Shown: positions 13,607-26,886 of the stretch, one piece after another
Layout: every line of letters starts with the position of its first letter
Position numbering within the stretch: the first letter of the stretch is position 1
From: Eledone cirrhosa
Lineage: Eukaryota
Direction: 5' to 3'
Length of the DNA: 64,000 nucleotides
Assembly: GCA_964016885.1 (NCBI GenBank)
Contig: OZ024745.1
Span: forward strand, 58,776,001-58,840,000
Program-made: the position numbers and the translations under genes
Notes under the pieces: generated by a model
Databases searched by the model: none
Told to the model about the DNA's origin: nothing
The model's input: the letters and a program-made list of their open reading frames with translations, nothing else

Positions 13607-16127
13607 GCAATGTCCGTATTTTTTAATAACTAGGCAATAAAAAATTGTTTGAGCTACCAAGCAAGAAGGCAAAGTTAATATATCAGTAAACTAAAAGTAA
13701 AAACAAAGAAAGGATGAATTTTGTGTCGCCCTTCAGTATCTAAACTATAATCATTTAGGTTAGTTTCACTGTCACTCAATTGACGACATGTTGATAACAT
13801 TTTGACAATGTTATCAACATTAATCATCAACATCAGTGCTATTTTATCTCCCAATTTGTAGATGTCTCAAGACAGAGCTGCAAACGTGCTGATTATCAAG
13901 AGACGAAGTCGTTGAAAAAACGTATAACGTTAGCTAAAAGGTTAAATGGTAGTAGAGGGGAAATCGACAGAGTTGTTGAATATTGGCACTACTATAGTTT
14001 TGTAACAGAAAAAAATAAAGAATGGCATAAACAGAAATAATATCTACATATAAAAAAAATCTATGAAACCAGATAAGAACCACGATAATGAAGGAAAATG
14101 TTGAGTGTGCATATATGTCTTTTATTTTTTTTTTGTGGAGTGACAGATGGGGCGGGGGTGAGAAAGAGAGAGAGTTAGAGAGAGAGAGAGAGATGGAGGA
14201 AGAGAGAGAGTGAGAGAGAGAGAGAGAGAGAGATGGAGGAAGAGAGGGGGAGAAAGAGAAAGAGTTAAAGGGAGAGAGGTGGATAGAGGCAATTTGAAAA
14301 TTATTGGAGAACTTTATGTAGATAGTGTACGAAATTTGTATTCATCTATCAAAAGACATATTGAAACTATTGTGGAAAGTTAGAAAGTAGAATGTAAATG
14401 AATAAAGGTTGAAAAGTACAAAATATGTGTTTGATTTGAATCTAATGTTAAGTGCCAAAATCCTCTGTTGAATATGGCGCCATAGTGGTTCGATTTTGGG
14501 GAAATGGGCTGGTTACCTTCCAAGTAACAGTTCCTTGATAATCGATATCGGAATCAATAGTAATCAACACTACGTTAGATTTGCTAGTGAAACTTGACAC
14601 TCTTTTGTTCGATCGTTACTATAGATAAAAACATTGACAATTTGGATTATGGGAGATGGGGTAGGAGAGAAACAATGGGGCATGAGGTTTGTTATGAAGA
14701 TGCTAGATAGAGAAAATAGTCTGACAGCAGCCACTCACATTTTTAGAAAGAATCTACCCACAATCATGATTGTCTGTCATTTTAGATATTTTTTACATTA
14801 GTACTGAGTTCATAATTTACTTTAAAAATGAAGAGAGAAAACATTAAAGAGATGATATTACAATGATTCTGCCATGTTCAATAGTAAAAACATTTCTAGG
14901 GATTGGATCCGTTATTAGGTTCTGATTACATGTAACTGACTTATTTCACTTATATTTCTATTTATAACAAGAAGCACGACTTTCACAATTCTCTTTTTCT
15001 CATCCACTTAAATGACTCGAACTAATCACCATTAATTGATATGAATACTGAATGAGAAATTTAGGTATTTGATGATTGGCTATTTCAGTTGTTCAAGAAA
15101 TTGACAAGTTTTAAGTATACTAAAAATTCTGTTCATTTCATTAACCATAAATAAACAGTTGTCTTAACCATATATGTATGTTGTGTTAGTTATATAGTTT
15201 GGCATAAACTATATCTCTAAAGCTAACTTTAAAATGGGAAATTGAAGATCTTGATTGAGGCAGTAACATCATAATTTCTACTTTCTAGCAGAGTAAAATA
15301 AAAATGTAATCATATAACAAAATATAATGAAAAAAAAACGAAAAAAAAATGTGTTTAAAGAAGGTATTGAATATTAATTAAAATAAGGTAGGAATTAACC
15401 TTATTAAGATCCATTCCATGCATCTACTCATGCTCCAGTCACCTTCAGTAACAGAAAATGTCAGGTAATGAGACTAGAGATCAAAATATAAGTAGTCTTT
15501 TTTTTTCTTAATCCTTTCGATACTTACAATTAAACAAAAGATATTTCTGCATCTGCGAGAGGTTTTTTAGAATTTAGTCAGAATCGTAGCTGTTGTTGAG
15601 ATAAAACCATAAATTTCTTAAAGAGATAGAAATAGAAAGAGGGAGGGCCATTTGGATACATGAGACCTGAGAAGCGTGATCTCAGTAGTAAATTTTCATA
15701 AATTATACGCAGATCAGTGTGATTATTGCCATTCCCAATTTAATATTATATTTCAGAGTTTGAATGCGTTTTGTCATTGCAGAGGAACAATGAAAACCAA
15801 TAGTGACACATGTATTCTTGTATCCATAGACACGGTACTGGAAACAATCATTCATGCATTGTAATTCTAATAAACGTTAAAATAAGATGTCATACCATAC
15901 ATTAAGTAATGATTTCATTATATAATTCGAAAGTCGAACTCTGCTTTGGTTAAGCATTGAAACTGCTTAGTTAAATGTTTGCTTCTCTTATGTGTAATGT
16001 TTCTATTGGGGTCGAACTGTATTTAACCGTATATCTAAAATGGAATTGGTATTTGTTTCTTCCCCTAGAAACGTGATACAAACGATTTCAAAGAACTAAT
16101 ATTAGCTGGCGCGATTGTTCTAACAAT

Positions 16128-16314
16128 AATTGTTTCTACTTTTGGCACAAGGCCAGCAATTATCCAAGTACATTACTGGTACTTTATTTTATCGACCTCG
16201 TAAGGATGAAAAGCAAAGTTGACCTCGGCGGAAATTGAACTCAGACCATAAAGGAATGTAACTCTATGCTGCAAAGCATGATGTCTGACGCTCTACCGAT
16301 ACTACCAATCCGTC
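16128..16314 (-). mobile_element. Meta-domain-like tRNA SINE
   Basis: Same consensus as 28405-28592, reverse orientation. Confidence 0.85.
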
Positions 16315-16598
16315 GTTGAAATTGCTTGTAAAGTATTACATGAAACTATGGTTTACGAGTGAAGCAAATCGTTTGAAATGTCGAATCACTGGTTTACTGT
16401 CAAGATAATACGACTTTCTTTGACTTGGCATTCAGCCAAGTGATATTAAAACAATCATTTAAATAAGTAATATTTTAAAAAGCAATAGCAAATATTGAAA
16501 TCTTAAACATTTCAAATATAGTCAAAATGTGTATGTGAATCAACGAATGAAATATCTACGTAGGGTAAGAAACATCTGCAGAAAACTATACGTAATCA

Positions 16599-16822
16599 TC
16601 AGGTCGAACTTGCTCGGCTTTCTACGACACGTTTCCTCCATCCATCTCTGTCTCTCATAGCGTTTGCCAGTTCTTCCGCAGTTCATCCAGTATCGTTCTC
16701 AAGTTGCTTGACGTATGTCTTCTTGAGACGACCAGCGTTTCTTGCTCTATGAGATGGACTCTATAACAACACATCACCTGCTATTTCTCCCTTGCTGCGC
16801 CAACAGTGGCCAGCAAATCTGA
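16599..16822 (-). pseudogene. RTE LINE 3' fragment
   Basis: RFAGHCWRS...GRLKKTYVKQLENDTG...AMRDRDGWRKRV with in-frame stops. Confidence 0.75.
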
Positions 16823-17275
16823 GTCTCTGTCCACGTATTGACCTATACACGGATATACACTAATACAGATATAGAAGAGAATATTGTACAGCGAGAAAAA
16901 GATAAATACAGATAAGAATGGGAATAGATACAATGAAAGGTAGAACAAGAAAGTGGGAAAGAGATAAAGAAAGAAAGCAAGAGGAGGAAAGACTGGCGTG
17001 TTCAAGTACTGGGTCAAATAAATACGTTCCCGTAAGACTTAAACAAAGAATGGCTGTACGATGAGGTCATTACTGCATAATCAATATCATGATTTAATTT
17101 GATCTCATCAAAGCGTGTGCAAAAATAACTTTTTCTATCCAATCACTAAGCCTAGAAACTGTGATACAATTGCTTCAAGTGGTTGCAATTGATTCGAACT
17201 TGTTAAAAAGGTATGTATATGGCTTCGAATTCTTATATACATATATCTATCTAACTATCTATATATATTCTAAAG

Positions 17276-17377
<102 letters not shown>

Positions 17378-17485
17378 ATCAATATACATATATATATATA
17401 TATATAATGTATATATGCATATATATATATAGAGAGAGATATGTATATGTATGTGTATGTATATATATGTATATATACACATACC

Positions 17486-17599
<114 letters not shown>

Positions 17600-17660
17600 T
17601 GTATGTATGTATGTATGTATGTATGTATGTATGTGTGTATATATGTATGTATGTGTGTGC

Positions 17661-17692
<32 letters not shown>

Positions 17693-17710
17693 GTATATGT
17701 GTGTGTGTGT

Positions 17711-17929
17711 GTAAAAGGTAAACAGAAATAACAACACAATCGGTACAGTATATGGAAGGGATATATTAGGTTAACGCTTGATATAGCAGGAAGAGGGTCT
17801 TAACGTTTCGGACGCTAGTCCTTCATCAGAAGAAAGAATGAGAAATAAGATAGATTGAGGGGACGGGCAGGTTGGAATTGGAAAAAATGGCTTTAGATAA
17901 AAATAATAGGTCCATTCATGTTGACATCT

Positions 17930-17933
<4 letters not shown>
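17711..17933 (-). mobile_element. pLTR-like module family D with HHR (17798-17833)
   Basis: TCTT-CTGATGA-a-GGAC tagc GTCC-GAAA-cg-TT-AAGA; palindromic stem III AACGTT. Confidence 0.85.
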
Positions 17934-17999
<66 letters not shown>

Positions 18000-18165
18000 T
18001 TTATACTCCAGTCCTATAAATTGTTGAGTGCTACTTATCCGATATTTGCATTGCTTTATTGTGCTACAATAAAACTCACCTCCTACATTAACTTGCTCCT
18101 TGACTGTTTGTGCGCTAACTCTTATATCGGATACCTTCGATGGTCTCTAATTTTTCTTCTATAAC

Positions 18166-20535
18166 ATGGATTATTACAACATAACCAATTCAACTAAAGA
18201 CATTCCTATACCTGGTAAATCTGAATTCACTAAGCTTCTGATTGAAAAAACTGACTCTTTTGTGAGAAGGCTTGGGTGGATCGCTTTTTTCCACGACCAG
18301 CGCTTAAAAGGAAATGTTTATACTAAGGAACCTAACAACATTGATCATTTATTTAACTCTAGAAGAAATCCTCGTTTCAATAAAAATCTAGCACAGTTTG
18401 AGGAAGAATTAACTAATATTATAAGAGGACTTAAATTCAAGAGAAACCCTTATAGAGGACAGGAGCAGCTTATAAATCTAAGGAATACGATTTCGGACCT
18501 TAATTCCTCTAAAAAAGTCTTAGTCCATTCCGACAAAACTAATAATTTATATGGTGTATCCAAAGATAAATATAACAACCTTATCCTTAAGGAACTAAGG
18601 AAGAATTATCGTAAAACTAACCATGAGAATCTGGAATCTATAAACTTGGAAGATTCTGAGATTATGTCTAAACTTGGCATCGAGGAAAAGACCGAACCAT
18701 TCTTCCCAAGAACTCCGAGGATAAATCTTAAGGATCACAAAAGTAACTTCCGAACGGAATTGCCTGTTAGACTAATCGCCCCCTCTAAATCAAATCTGGG
18801 GGTTGTTAGTAAATCCATCTTGGATAGAATTATCCCAAAGTTTCGTTCTAATTGCTCTATTTCTAACTTAAATTTATGGATTGGTACATCTGATGTAATT
18901 AACTGGTTCAATGACCTGAATAATAAAAACAAACAAAAATTTATTCAGTTTGACATTGCCAGTTACTATTCTTCTATTTCGCCTTCACTTCTCAACAACG
19001 CTCTATCTTTCGTATTTAAATATTCTGACATTACTACAGATGAACTTTACATCATTCTCACCGCAAGAAAAACTATCCTGGAATTCAACAACGAATATTG
19101 GACTAAAGCTGATACTTCCAACAATTTTGATATCACAATGGGTTCGTCGAAGGATTTTGAATTCTTTAAATCGGAAAATTCCTCAACTTCGCGGTGGAAT
19201 TTATCGTGACGATGCCCTTTTTACTGTCTTAAACTGTAACTTAGTTAACCTTAATATTATTAAGAATAATATACTTGATCTATTTAAGCACCATAACCTA
19301 AAAATTGAATTTGAAAACAACGTCAAACTAGCTAACTTCTTGGATATATCCCTTAATCTTGACACCGGCCTATATTACCCTTACCATAAAGACAATGAGA
19401 ATCTAAATTATGTTAATTTTAAATCTAACCACCCTATTAACGTTAAAAATGCTATAGTCAGTAATGTTGAAAAAAGAATCTCAAATCTATCTTCTAATAA
19501 AGTTATCTTTGACGCTAAAGCCAATTATTACAATAATGCGCTTTCCAGAGCCGGTTATCCTGACAAAATGAAATACAATAAAGAAACCAATCATCGAGAG
19601 ACTTATAGTAATATAGTTAGTTATAAGCATTCCAATAACTTAAAGAAAAGACCTAGATATAAAAATATGATTTGGTACAACGCTCCTTTTTCTCTATCTA
19701 TTATTAGTAATATTGCTAAACTATTTTTTAGGGCCTTAGATAAATGCTTCCCTCCCTCGCATATTTATTGTAAGATCTTTAACAAACATACAATTAAATT
19801 CTCTTATTCCACCACTTCCAACATCTCTAACATTATCTCTAAACATAATAAAATATTAAGTAATAAATTATATCCATCCAACACTGACCGTCATAATAAT
19901 TTCAACAGTAAACCCGACGTCAATGTTAACTCTAGGCTAAATTCCGTAAATTTAAATACGACGTCAAACGTAACTCTGTCGAATGTTCATAACACCAATC
20001 TAAATCAGGAAACTTTAGCAACTATCGTAAATAACTTCTCCAATCCAATTCCTTCTATAAATAATACTAGGTCACTTGTTAATAACTGGTAATTTCTATA
20101 ATCGTAATTGCAATTGCCCTGTTAGAACTAAATGTTCTCTTAGTAACCAATGTCTTGATAAAAATTTAGTGTATGAATGTAAGGTTATAACTGGTACTAA
20201 TTCTTTTACCTATTTTGGTTCCACTTCCACTTCCTTTAAAGCAAGATTTTATAATCACAATTATTCTTTTAAATACCAACTTAAAAGAACTAACACGGCA
20301 CTCTCAGAACTCATATGGTCCTTAAAGGACAAAAATATTAACTACAACATTTCTTGGAGGAAGGTTTGCAACGCCTCTCCTTACCTGAATTCTTCCCTAT
20401 CCAGAACATGTAATCTCTGCCTAGCGGAGAAATTTACCATTATCTCTATTTTAATTCTATAATAAATAGACGTACGGATTTATTTTCGCTCTGCTTGCAT
20501 AAATCCAATAGAACTTTCCATAAAGTATACAGCTA
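18166..20535 (+). pseudogene. PLE reverse transcriptase plus C-terminal GIY-YIG endonuclease, frameshifted
   Basis: SDKTNNLY, LKDHK..F..P.RLI.P, FIQFDIASYY, ITMGS, GIYRDD, FLDISLNL, SNHP, IWYNAPFS, CNC.....C, LVYECKV...YFGST..FKARFYNH, CNLCLAEK, NRRTDLFSLCLH. Frameshifts near 19150, 20085 and 20455. Confidence 0.92.
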
Positions 20536-20908
20536 ATATCTTACTACCTAATTAGTTTAAAATCTTTTTTTCTCAAACGCTTTTATATCTTTTACAAATA
20601 TACCCATCTTTCTACCTTATTTCAGTATATTATACAATTTACTCATACTATGTCGTTAGCGGTCCCCTTAATTTACCATTATCTCTAATTTTAATTCTAT
20701 AATAAATAGACGTACGGATTTATTTTCGCTCTGCTTGCATAAATCCCATGAACCTTCCATAAAGTATACAGCTAATATCTTACTACCTAATTAGTTTAAA
20801 ATCTTCTTTTCTCAAACGCTTTTATATCTTTTACAAATATACCCATCTTTTCTACCTTATTTCAGTATATTATACAATTTACTCATACTATGTCGTTAGC
20901 GGTCCCCT
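20431..20908 (+). repeat. 240-bp tandem duplication of the ORF end and 3' UTR start
   Basis: aataaatagacgtacgg at 20461 and 20701; both units end gttagcggtcccct. Confidence 0.92.
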
Positions 20909-21741
20909 ATTTTTCTTCTTTTTTAATTTCTAATCTTTAATCTGCAACTTTTACTTCTCAATTACGTCTTAATTCATATTATAACTCACTATAGCATATT
21001 CCTTATACTCTCGGCCATACAAATTTTCATTTTTAATATATACTAATATTACCATTGTAAATTTTGTAAACATATATATTTTTTGACGTTATATATTTTT
21101 TCTTCCTTGAATTTTCTTCTTTCTTCTCTCCTTCCGTGCTCGTATTAAACCTATTATTTACTTTTTCATATTACATAGAAACAAACTTGGACCCTAACAA
21201 ATTCCTCTAAGTTCATAATTCATTTAACTTTTTCTTCATTCACCTTATCTCCTTAATATATTTTATTTTAATAATACATTTTAATAAATTCCTTTTCGCA
21301 CATATTATTAAACCCTTCAATATATAAACCTTAAATAAATAGTATTCTTAATTCCTTTTTCTTTAATCATAAGCATCTCCATTCATAAACCTCATTAACT
21401 TTTAATTTCTAAATTTTTTTAAAATTATGTATTATCTTACAACGGTTTTTTTAAATTTCTCTCTGTGAGACAGTGTTTCTCAGTATTAAAGGTTATCTCT
21501 CTCTCACTCATTTTCTCCTCCTCTCTCATCCTTCCTTCTTATACTCCTCCTCCGTCATCCTTTCTTTATTATTATTTTTTATTATTATTATATTCTTTCT
21601 TCCTCTTCCTTACCTTTTCCTTCCCCCCTTCCTTTCCTTTTTTCTCCCAATCTCCATATATCCATCTTATTTTATTTTTCATATGTTGATTTAACACTTC
21701 ACTGCTCGCAAGTGTTTTTTAAGCTTCATATCATGTCTCTC

Positions 21742-21812
21742 TATTTTATCTGATGAGAACGCAAATATCATCCCATGATGATATTTGTTTTTGAAATGCG
21801 CATAATAAAATA
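21742..21812 (+). ncRNA. Hammerhead ribozyme at the 3' end of the Naiad-like PLE (family F)
   Basis: TATTTTAT-CTGATGA-gaacGCAAATATCATC ccat GATGATATTTGTtttt-GAAA-tgcgca-TA-ATAAAATA. Confidence 0.88.
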
Positions 21813-21846
21813 TATGGAACACTTTTAACTATCTTTTGATTTTATG

Positions 21847-21932
<86 letters not shown>

Positions 21933-21966
21933 AGATTTGAATGGATACAGTTTAGTAGAAAGGAAT

Positions 21967-22086
21967 TTATTGACACGTGTTTCTATAACAGTTACATAAC
22001 CTAAAACAGCTGCTATCTACAAACTTTTAGTTATGCAGACATTCAATATTTCAATGTTATTATTTACTGTCATTTCATCAGAATAA
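21967..22086 (-). ncRNA. Hammerhead ribozyme with 91-nt extended stem II
   Basis: TTATT-CTGATGA-aATGACAGT...ACTGTTATa-GAAA-cacgtg-TC-AATAA. Confidence 0.7.
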
Positions 22087-22281
22087 TATTACTGAGGACC
22101 TATTTCGTTTTTATAGAGAATATTAGGAGGGAGGGGTGAAGTTGTTAGAAGAATAGTTGAAGGAGTGGTTTTTCGATAGCAGTGAGAATTCTTGGTGGCA
22201 GTGAGTAATTAGATTCCCATCTGTTGTTTTGACATTTTTTATAGAATATATTATTGGTTATTTTTCTAAATCTATTAGTTA

Positions 22282-22323
22282 ACATTAGTTAACAAATAAA
22301 AGAGATTATTGATGTTAAGAATA

Positions 22324-22373
<50 letters not shown>

Positions 22374-23565
22374 TATTCTTAACATCAATAATCTCTTTTA
22401 TTTGTTAACTAATGTATTTCGTGAATTGTGTGTGTTTAGCGTCTTTCATAAGTATAATTCATGCAATTGGAGTCTCTAAGAAGGTTTATTTACAATAACA
22501 TAACTTTACCGGTTTCATAAATTTCATGCTTTTCAAACGTTAAGAGAGATAGCGAGATATATGGCTGTGCGAGTTACATCTCTCTTAATGTTTCAAAATC
22601 TTGTGAAACCGGTAAAGCTATAGATTTTTTGTAAATAAACCTTCTTAAAGACTGCAATTGCATTTTCAACTTTGGACCGTCACATATCAGTATGACCAAC
22701 AAAAATAATATCCGACCATATACCCCAACAAACCTGAACCACACGTTCAACAACTAAAACTGGTACCGACCAAAATGAAACCCTACAATTACCCATGAAA
22801 CTAATCCAAACCTAGCCCGTTTAACGAACCGATTAAATCGAGCAAATTAAATTACATTAAAATACGATTCTGTCCAGTCATGTAAACAAACTCATCCCAA
22901 ACCTAACTATGAAGTTATAGGCTCAACAATTAAATGATCAAATTAAAACTAAATATAAGCTTAAAATAAACATTACCAAAATAGCCGTTACTTTGATATG
23001 CTATAGAAAAGGCTAAGTTGTAAACTAAAGAAGTATGTTTAAACTCAAATCAGAGTGGCATGGCAATCAAAATCAGAAGCTTACACAAAACAACATACAA
23101 ATGGTAGCAAACCCCAACAAACAAATGAATAGAAAGAGTTTGAAACCAAAGAATACCAAACTGAAGCACAAACATAACACGAAATAGTAAAGATTATATA
23201 ATAAAATATGATACAAAACAATCAATTAAATACAGCCACTTCCGTCTGGACAGCACCTCGTCCTTCCTACTCCATCCCTTTCTACTAAGTAATTAGTCTT
23301 ATCAACAGCAACCACCCTACTTTCACATCAGGTAGACTACACTACAACATAACACAAATACAACAACATACTTCTAATGAAACTATAGTTATGAAAGACG
23401 CTAAACACACAATTCACGAAATACATTAGTTAACAAATAAAAGAGATTATTGATGTTAAGAATACTGTGTATATATATATATATATGAAGTAATTCCGTC
23501 GGAAAAGTCCAGGAAAATATATATATATATATATATATACACACAGTATTCTTAACATCAATAAA
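22282..23565. repeat. Nested inverted pLTR-like repeats
   Basis: 22282-22330 / 22366-22415 inverted around (TA)n; 22366-22450 inverted again at 23390-23472; 22464-22550 / 22577-22662 inverted with gaaaccggta; acacagtattcttaacatcaataa recurs at 23542. Confidence 0.75.
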
Positions 23566-23635
23566 CCTAGGTTTATTAGTTTCACGCTCTCGACAGTGGG
23601 GGAGGGACCACGTTTCGGGCATAACCCCTTCTTCA

Positions 23636-23699
<64 letters not shown>

Positions 23700-23702
<3 letters not shown>

Positions 23703-23900
23703 CAAAGGGATATTTAATTTGTTGGTAATTCAACAAATATATTTATAACAGATTCGAAGCACTCGACAAGTTTTCAATGATATTAATAAATGGAAACTAT
23801 ATTTATAAAACTATATTTATTCTATTATATATATTTCAAGGGTACCAAAACTTTGGTACGCTCTCATCAGATAAAATACAAACTTTGTTTCATAAATAGT
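23700..23900 (-). mobile_element. Solo pLTR related to family F, with HHR (23818-23878)
   Basis: TATTTTAT-CTGATGA-gagcGTACCAAAgtTTTGGTACcctt-GAAA-tatata-TA-ATAGAATA. Confidence 0.8.
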
Positions 23901-25579
23901 GACATACCCAGGAATCAGACCTTAACGGTTCAAGTTCCGTCTGGAAAAGGCTAAGTTGTATACTTATATATATACCAGTGGTATATATATATTTATGGTC
24001 ATCAACTCACCCATATATATGTGTGTGTGTGTGCATACATACATGGTGGATGGAGGCATACGATTGCTCTACCTTTGTATTTTCTTCTAGTAGTTTTATC
24101 GTCAGCAGTGTATAAGAGTTTGTTCTTTGAAACCGCTATTGGCTAGTATGGTTTTATAGTACAGAGCTGTCCTGTCAAAAATGTATTTGTTTGGGTGCAA
24201 AGCTAGAGATTCTCCTGCTCATGTTATTAACTAAATTTTTAAAACTACATGTAGGTGGCAGGAATTTTTGTGAATATATCTAAACTTTTCACTTGGTTTG
24301 TGGCATCCACCTATAGTCTTTAAAAAAATCTAGTTAATAATATTTCATTCAACAAAGACATTTTCGAAATGTTCAATGTGGACGAACTGATGAACTGGGA
24401 GCGCTATATTTCTTCCTAATGAAACACGTGTATTCGGATAATATATTTTTGATGTAATAAAATATTGTGTGTGTGTGTGTGTGAATATCGATCTATTTCC
24501 CTCCCTCTTGTTGATTTTTAGAGAATAAACTGAAAATGTCATATTTTAAGAATATTATTGATCTTAAAATCAATAGGTATATTTAATTTTTCAGATGTAA
24601 AATTGTTAAATTGTGATAAAAGACAATGCCATTGTATCTAGTTTCAGCTAACACAAACAAAACGGTATGGAGTCACTCCATTTTTTTCATTTCAATAACG
24701 CTTAACGCTTATCTCTTAGTTTTATTTCATCTTTATTTTGAATTAATAATAGATACACATTCAAATGCCTTCATTTAATATGAGTAAAAGCCTTTTCGAT
24801 TCCTGTAACAAACTGGTTCGAGAAATCTGACCTGGAAATAAATATTTAAACATTATTGAAGTTTTAAGTTTTTTCCGCTAACATTTGTTTTGTTCACTTT
24901 TTCATCTTTTTTTTTATTTCGTATACTCCCACTACTATTGCTTGTAATAACAATAAAAATGTAATCTTAGGGATTTAGTTACAATCTAAATTTAATACTT
25001 CATATAAATCGAAGAATATAATTTAATGGTAACTTTCTCAAATAACCGAAACTAAAATGATGTAAGCATTATGAGATTGGTCCTAAGTCTCTGTATTTAG
25101 TGCCCCCAAAAATCCACCTAGAAGAAAACGCTATATACTAGACCAATTGTGGTGATTCTTAATTATTGCAATCACATTCATTTGAAGCAATATAAATACA
25201 TTAAATGAATTCAATAGACAGTTTCTGGAGTATCTTTATATAACCAGTTGTTCAAGGGATTTGTTATGCTATAAAAATCGTCATTCTTACCAGAAAATCT
25301 AATGCTGATCTTTTACCTAGCTCTGCATAACATAAACATATAAGTCTCTTCCTCATACCTTTGGAATAACAAAATAATAACAATATTATTTTCTTCGGAT
25401 AACATTTAACAGTATTCCTAAGAGTTTTATCCAGACTGAAGCTCTTGACATTTCAGATTTGAAATTGACTTGATATCTCAGTGTGTGTTGAAACTAAAAT
25501 AATTACTGCATGGATGAGTTATTTTAGCCATTAAAAATCACAACAAAAGTTTTAATTTTACTATATATATATATTTATA

Positions 25580-25627
25580 TATAAGTATCTATACGTACAT
25601 ACATATATGTGTACAGACGCACAGTAG

Positions 25628-25698
<71 letters not shown>

Positions 25699-26148
25699 GT
25701 ATGGGTTTACCGAACATTTATTATAATGTTCGGTTTGTTTGTAAACAAACAGCCCGAATTACGCCGTACAGTGCTCGGCAACCATCGTCGCCCTTTTGTT
25801 CAACACTGACACAAGAACGATGTACTAGTTTCAAGCTTATTAGCTATCGTCAGCATCGTATACCTTTCTGTCAGATGATTGAACGTCTGAATATTAACGA
25901 CTGAGCAGCCTAATTTGCATATCGGGTGAGTTAGTCGGCCGGGCATACCGAAAACGATAAATGGAAAAGAATCAAACGAAATTTCATTTCTCACTCTTAG
26001 TACGACTGATACCTAAATATAAGTATGTATACGTACATACATATATGTGTACAGACGTACAGTAGTATGTATATATATACATACATGCACACATATATAT
26101 ATGTACGTATGGGTTTACCGAACATTTATTATAATGTTCGGTTTGTTT
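25580..26148 (-). mobile_element. Family C element, ~1.3 tandem units, HHR at 25818-25858
   Basis: tatacgtacatacatatatgtgtacagacg repeated at ~25590 and ~26028; CGATG-CTGACGA-tAGCT aata AGCTt-GAAA-ctag-TA-CATCG. Confidence 0.88.
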
Positions 26149-26286
26149 ATATTTATATATATATATATATATATTAGTATTGGTGCTCTGAAATAGCGAT
26201 GTATACATGAATGTATAGTATATTTGGCAATATACCGTATGTTTAATTTTTAAAGTATTTTAATTAAACATACGGTATACTATACA

Positions 26287-26353
<67 letters not shown>

Positions 26354-26801
26354 GGGATAACAGGTTATCGTTATGGCAGTCCACTTAGATGTAGTCCAGT
26401 TGGAGTAGTTCTTGTAGTGGATAGTATTAACGTGTGGCTTAGTTTGACTCAACAAGACGTTTCCATAGTGATGCTGCGAGTTTGCGGTGATTTCTATGTT
26501 GTTTATACTTGGAGTAATAATAATTGTGGTATTAAACCAGAGCAATAGTTATGTTATTTTATCATTGATATTATTGTTCTGGTTTAATACCACACTTATA
26601 TAAAAACCGTGCCTTATGTATTTTCTTCATTTCACCCGCTCCGATAAAATAGACTGGTTATAAATAAAGTATTGGAGATCGATTGGCGCATAATCAGGTG
26701 TATAGCGAACTATAGACCTGCCAGATCAAAGAAACAATTGTCAGCAATGTGAATAAAGCCAGCCCTTATTGTATAGCGAACCATGTCAATCTTCTTTCTT
26801 G

Positions 26802-26886
<85 letters not shown>

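Larger units (their letters stand above)
17995..21850 (+). mobile_element. Near unit-length Penelope-like retroelement (Naiad-like) inserted in (TA)n
   Basis: 5' UTR, frameshifted RT-EN ORF, long pyrimidine-rich 3' region and terminal HHR; (TA)n on both sides. Confidence 0.9.

Noticed and set aside
20076-20535. Selenocysteine-recoded Naiad endonuclease
   Set aside because: The Cys positions I checked are TGC/TGT, and the breaks are frameshifts rather than in-frame TGA.
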